Positions 55,904 through 64,000 of a DNA stretch of 64,000 bases are shown here, one piece after another. The DNA is taken from positions 18,696 to 82,695 of the forward strand of contig JAPSGB010000021.1 in the NCBI GenBank assembly GCA_035063585.1. The letters run 5' to 3'. A model generated the notes under the pieces. That model searched no databases, was not told the DNA's origin, and worked only from the letters and a program-made list of their open reading frames with translations. The translations under genes were made by a program, and so were the position numbers. This stretch comes from Polyangiaceae bacterium (GTDB lineage: Bacteria > Myxococcota_A > Polyangia > Polyangiales > Polyangiaceae). The first letter of the stretch is position 1. Each line of letters starts with the position of its first letter.

Positions 55904-56272
55904 ATGACCACCCCGCCAGGCTCAGGTCCGCCTTCGGTGGCGAGCGGAGCGGAGCGCCGGAGCCATCGCCGCGCCGGCCTCGCGGTCCCGGTGATGCTCG
56001 ACGCCGCCAGCGCTTGGCAGAAGGCCGAGTGTCTCGACGTCTCCGCCGGCGGTGTGGCGGTGCGCTCCGCGGTCGACCTCCCGCTCGGGACGGTGCTCGA
56101 GCTCTACTTCGAGTTGCCCACGGGCGTCGCGGTCGAGGCGCGCGCCGAGGTCGTGCGGCGCGACGGCGACCGCGTCGCGCTCAAGTTCGTGAGCATCGAG
56201 CACGAGCTCGAGGTCGCCTTGCGCGGGTTCTGCCGGATCAGCGGGCTGCACCCGGCGGTCACGGCTCGCTGA
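55904..56272 (+). CDS. PilZ-domain c-di-GMP-binding protein
   Basis: RxxxR (RRSHRR) and DxSxxG (DVSAGG) motifs. Confidence 0.88.
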   Translation: MTTPPGSGPPSVASGAERRSHRRAGLAVPVMLDAASAWQKAECLDVSAGGVAVRSAVDLPLGTVLELYFELPTGVAVEARAEVVRRDGDRVALKFVSIEHELEVALRGFCRISGLHPAVTAR

Positions 56273-56366
56273 GCCCGTCTGCCTGCACGAAGTCGAACCA
56301 CACGAGGTCATCGAGCTCGGCGCGCCCGGTAGGCGGGTCGAAGCGCGGGAGCTCTTGCTTCGCGCG
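56210..56366. repeat. 157-bp direct repeat, copy 1
   Basis: Aligns to 57240-57396 at offset 1030 with 7 mismatches. Confidence 0.95.
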
Positions 56367-56368
56367 TC

Positions 56369-56560
56369 ATGGAGCGGGCGCCTGCCTCACGTGGCGGGGG
56401 CCTGCGGATGGTCTACGGCGTGCTCGAGTATCTCGCATCGGGCATGACCGAAGCGGAAATCGTCGCCGACTTTCCGGGCCTGACCACCGAGGACATCCGG
56501 GCGTGCCTCGGGTTTGCGGCCGATCGTGAGCGGCGCCTGCTCCCCGGCCCGGCGCCGTGA
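56369..56560 (+). pseudogene. DUF433 antitoxin-like gene, N-terminus degraded
   Basis: GLR.VY.VLEYLASGMTEAEIVADFP.LT.EDIRACL.FAADRERRL; the usual N-terminal GKPCIRG segment is absent. Confidence 0.75.
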
Positions 56561-56672
56561 GGCTGCGGTTCGAAGCGTTCGTCGTGCCCCCTCGACACCG
56601 CGCGAGCAGGCTCTCGAGCCCCAAGCGCGGCGCGGTAGGCTCTGCGATGCGAAGCCGACCAACAAGCGGGCT

Positions 56673-56927
56673 CTACTGCGGCGGGACACCGGCCTTGATG
56701 GGGCCCATCTTCCGCAACTTGTCGAGGCCTTTGGGGTCGACGAAGAGCATGACGTGCCCGCACGCGAGGCACACGGTGCCGTACACCCAAGACCGCTCGC
56801 CGCTGAAGAAGCCGCCACCGACGGGTTGGTAATCGAGGTGAGGATCGCGCTCGGAGCTGAGCCTGGTCAGGGGGGTGAACGCCTGTCCGCCACAATACGA
56901 ACACCGTCCGGCATGTTGGTTGTCCAT
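56673..56927 (-). CDS. Small zinc-ribbon protein
   Basis: CSYC ... CLACGHVMLFV. Confidence 0.65.
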   Translation of the reverse strand: MDNQHAGRCSYCGGQAFTPLTRLSSERDPHLDYQPVGGGFFSGERSWVYGTVCLACGHVMLFVDPKGLDKLRKMGPIKAGVPPQ

Positions 56928-57018
56928 GGCGCGACGGTATCGCATGACCGGTCGGGCGTGGCCCCGTGCACCGCCCGATCCCTCCGCGCAGAGGTGAGCT
57001 CACTCGGAAAACGCGATC

Positions 57019-57240
57019 GAGCGGCGGCTTGCCTGCTCGGTCACCGCTCACCGAGACACCCTGGGCGGCGGCGGCGTAGCAGGCGGCAAGACCGGGCTCG
57101 TCGAGGGCGAGCTCGGGCGGCGTGTCGTCACCGCGCGCCGGGTCGAGGCTTCGGCCGTGCGTCTTCGAGATCTTCTCGATGCGCGAGGCGACCTCCGCGA
57201 TGTCGGCGTGCGTCGGCGCGGCGAGCTCACGAACCGCGAG
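57019..57240 (-). mobile_element. Probable IS91-family (Y2) transposase internal fragment
   Basis: Own translation: RELAAPTHADIAEVASRIEKISKTHGRSLD...DEPGLAACYAAAAQGVSVSGDRAGKPPL, resembling the region after the HUH motif in myxobacterial IS91-like transposases (recalled, not searched). Confidence 0.5.
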
Positions 57241-57396
57241 AGGTCGCCTTGCGCGGGTTCTGCCGGACCAGCGGGCTGCACCCGGCGGTCACGGCTCGCT
57301 GAGCCCGTCCGCCTGCACGAAGTCGAACCACACGAGGTCATCGAGCTCCGCGCGCCCGGTGGGCGGGTTGAAGCGCGGGGGCTTTTGCTTCGCGCG
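57240..57396. repeat. 157-bp direct repeat, copy 2
   Basis: Matches 56210-56366. Confidence 0.95.
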
Positions 57397-59022
57397 CGCG
57401 CGGAGCTCCTCCGCGAGGCGCCGCGCCTCCTCGAAGTACCGCGCGCGCTCGCGCGTCATGCGCGCTTCGGAGATCGGCGTCTCATGATCGCTGCCCGCGA
57501 AGCCGTGGGCGGCCTCGGTGAGCGCGGCCGCGCTGAGCTCGATGGGCATGGGCTCGAGCACCGCGCGCGTCGTGTGCCGCCACACGCCGTCGCGCCAGCC
57601 GAGCCGATACGCGGGCACGAAATCACGCCCGTGCTCGGCGACGAACTCGATGGCGCGCATCACGTACTCGAAGTCCTCCTCGGTCGCGAAATAGGGCAGC
57701 GAGATCCGCACCCAGCCCGGCTTGATGCCGCTTATGCCCTCGCGGATGAAGCCGCGAATGCGCTCCGAGGTGGCGGCGTCGATGCCGAGGAGCCGGTGCC
57801 CGTAGGGGCCCGCGCAGGAGCAGCCGGCGCGGTTCTGGATGCCGAACAAGTGATCGAGCAGGGCGCTCACGAGGTCATGGTGCAGCCGCTTCACGTTGAA
57901 GCTCAGGATGCCGAGGCGCGGTAGCTCGGTCGGACCGAGCAGCTCGATCTCCGGTCGCCGCGCGAGCCGCTCGAGCGCGCGCCGCGCGAGAGCCGTCTCG
58001 TGCTCGAGGAGCCGCGCCGGCCCGAGCATCTCCTTCACGAGCAGCGCGACGCCGGCGCGGATGTCGCCCACGATGGCCGGCGTGCCGCTCTCCTCGCGCT
58101 CCTCGAGCCGCCCGACGTAGTCTACGTCGTCTCGCTCGGGGCCCGCGACGTAGTCCACCGTGCCGCCGCCGGGGCGCGCGGGCGTGCGCGAGCGGAAGAG
58201 CGCGCGGTTCGCGACCAGGAGCCCGGACGCGCCCGGCCCGCCGACGAACTTGTGCGGGCTCAGGAACACCGCGTCGAGGCGCGCCGCGTCGTCGTCCTCC
58301 GGGTGCATGTCGATGGGCACGTACGGTCCCGCGGCCGCGTAATCGAAGCACGCGTAGGCGCCGTGCGCGTGGAGCAGCCGCGCGATGCTCGGCACGTCGG
58401 TGAGCACCCCGGACACGTTCGACGCCGCCGAGAACGAGCCGATGCGGAGCCGGCGGTGCCGATGGCGCGTGAGCTTCTCGGCGAGATCCTCGAGCGCGAT
58501 GGCGCCGCTCGGCATGAGCGCGACCTCCACCACCTCCGCGACCGACTCGAGCCACGGGAGCTCGTTCGAGTGGTGCTCGTAGGGCCCGACGAACACCACC
58601 GGGCGCTCCGCGTCGGGGATGTGTGACGAGAGCCGGTATTCGCGCTCGAGCGGCTCGGAGATGGTGAGCCCGAGCACGCCGACCAGGGTGTTCACCGCGG
58701 CGGTCGCGCCGGAGCCGCAGAAGAGCACCTCGTCCTCGTCGCTCGCGTGGAGTGTGTCGCGCACCACGCGCCGCGCCTGCTCGCGGAGCTCGGTCATCAC
58801 CCGCCCGGTCGAGGAGATCATGGTGTGGGTGTTGGCGTAAAACGGCATGATCCGCCGCATCCACGCCTCCACGAAGTGCAGATACCGCCCGGTCGCGGTG
58901 AGATCCGCGTAGTAGACGAGCCGCGGCCCGAACGGCGTCTCGATGCGCGCGCGGCGCCCGATCTCGTTCTGGCGGATGAAGCCCGCCGCCTCCTCGAAGG
59001 TGCCCAGCGCGAAGTCTCTCAT
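57289..59022 (-). CDS. Class V PLP aminotransferase / cysteine desulfurase-like
   Basis: YADLTATGR, YANTHT, EHHSNELPW, AASNVSG, SPHKFVGGPG, RAGCSCAGPY, KPGWVR. Confidence 0.9.
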   Translation of the reverse strand: MRDFALGTFEEAAGFIRQNEIGRRARIETPFGPRLVYYADLTATGRYLHFVEAWMRRIMPFYANTHTMISSTGRVMTELREQARRVVRDTLHASDEDEVLFCGSGATAAVNTLVGVLGLTISEPLEREYRLSSHIPDAERPVVFVGPYEHHSNELPWLESVAEVVEVALMPSGAIALEDLAEKLTRHRHRRLRIGSFSAASNVSGVLTDVPSIARLLHAHGAYACFDYAAAGPYVPIDMHPEDDDAARLDAVFLSPHKFVGGPGASGLLVANRALFRSRTPARPGGGTVDYVAGPERDDVDYVGRLEEREESGTPAIVGDIRAGVALLVKEMLGPARLLEHETALARRALERLARRPEIELLGPTELPRLGILSFNVKRLHHDLVSALLDHLFGIQNRAGCSCAGPYGHRLLGIDAATSERIRGFIREGISGIKPGWVRISLPYFATEEDFEYVMRAIEFVAEHGRDFVPAYRLGWRDGVWRHTTRAVLEPMPIELSAAALTEAAHGFAGSDHETPISEARMTRERARYFEEARRLAEELRARAKQKPPRFNPPTGRAELDDLVWFDFVQADGLSEP

Positions 59023-59195
59023 GGGGATGTCGGCCCGGCGCGGAAGCGCGCGGCCCGAGCACTTACCACGCTCGCTGCCCGACCGGTGAGCGGCGCGCGC
59101 CGCCCGGCGGTCTCCGTGCCCCGCCGCCGGCCGCGCCGAATCGACCTGCCATCTAAGTTGTCGTTCTTTCGAAATCTTGTGTCACTATTTGCCTC

Positions 59196-63329
<4,134 letters not shown>

Positions 63330-63385
63330 GCACGGTCTCGCCGTCGTGCGGTTCGAGCGCGCGGACTTCCCGGGACCCGAGCGCA

Positions 63386-63424
63386 GCAGCGAGGTCGCAT
63401 GGCCCCGCCGGCGACCGTCGCTGC
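63386..63424 (+). terminator. Strong GC hairpin downstream of the activator gene (possible terminator, no U tract)
   Basis: gcagcga-ggtcgc / gcgacc-g-tcgctgc: 13-bp stem with one bulge. Confidence 0.3.
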
Positions 63425-64000
63425 GCGGCGTGGCACGACCTCGCGAGTCAGCGGAGCCTCTCCTCGAGCGGCACGAGCGTGGGGGGCGGCGCTGGCGGCT
63501 CGCGCGCGCGCGGCGAGCGTCTCGTTGCCGTCGGGCTGGTCCACGCCGGAGAAGAGCCACGCCCAACCTAGTCACCGCCAGCATCAGGTGTGTACCCGTT
63601 CCGCCGCAGCTCCGCTCGGTAGTCGGGCCGGGCGGGTGAAGGAATCCGACGCGTGATGGACGACTTGCGTTGGCTGGAGCCGGGCGCGGGGTGCGGAGCA
63701 CAAATTCGCAATCGCGCTTGGATTTGGTGCCCACCCCCCATCCGGCACCGCCTCCGGCGGTGGCGGTGACCCCGCCCAAGCGTCCGGCGTCGCCAAGCCT
63801 CCGGCGGCCGCGGGCGGGGAGAGGTCGTGGCAGCGAGCGCGCCGCCATGAGGTCCGGACTCCTGACGCCGCCTCCGCGACTTGCTTGCTCGCCTCGGAGT
63901 GATGCCGGCCTCGCGATGCCCCATGGAGAAGACCGTGCCAGGCACTGCCGGCAACACTCCGAGTCCGAGCCCTTGGGGTGATACGGCGCTCGCTGAGGCG

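Noticed and set aside
56210..57396. Diversity-generating retroelement TR/VR pair, or tRNA-targeted prophage att sites
   Set aside because: Mismatches are not adenine-specific on either strand; no reverse transcriptase, integrase or tRNA in the window
63431..63446. TGGCAC sigma54 promoter
   Set aside because: GC is not at the required GG-N10-GC spacing
63568..63981. Short ORFs at the window end
   Set aside because: Low-complexity translations with no motifs; not supportable as genes

Overview
High-GC chromosomal window whose gene content points to Myxococcota, probably Polyangiales. The evidence is a MYXO-CTERM protease, Cys-rich lipoproteins, a kinase-sigma54 activator fusion and an AgmX/PglI-like domain. 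It holds about 55 densely packed genes: housekeeping genes (orn, yhbY, ruvC, lolA, ogt, cdsA, an ArgA/NAGS-like gene), the type IV pilus operon pilMNOPQ, and many signalling genes (Ser/Thr kinase-cNMP, FHA-GGDEF, REC-REC-REC adenylate cyclase, orphan CheB, PilZ, kinase-GAF-sigma54 activator). I found no rRNA, tRNA or CRISPR array. The main points of interest are: (1) a coupled outer-membrane beta-barrel and 13-heme cytochrome c followed by a monoheme lipoprotein, resembling a porin-cytochrome electron conduit (51494-55784); (2) a translationally coupled class III aminotransferase-LuxE-LuxC operon without luciferase, suggesting acid-to-aldehyde-to-amine chemistry (25249-28803); (3) a lipoprotein of about 1030 aa with three repeated atypical CXnCH heme modules and an HzsA-like C-terminus (11034-14138); (4) an 873-bp insert between 157-bp direct repeats that duplicate the overlapping 3' ends of two convergent genes, carrying a DUF433 antitoxin remnant, a zinc-ribbon gene and a probable IS91-like transposase fragment (56210-57396). 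All family calls come from recognising motifs by eye; no database searches were run. Several start codons were adjusted manually from the ORF track.
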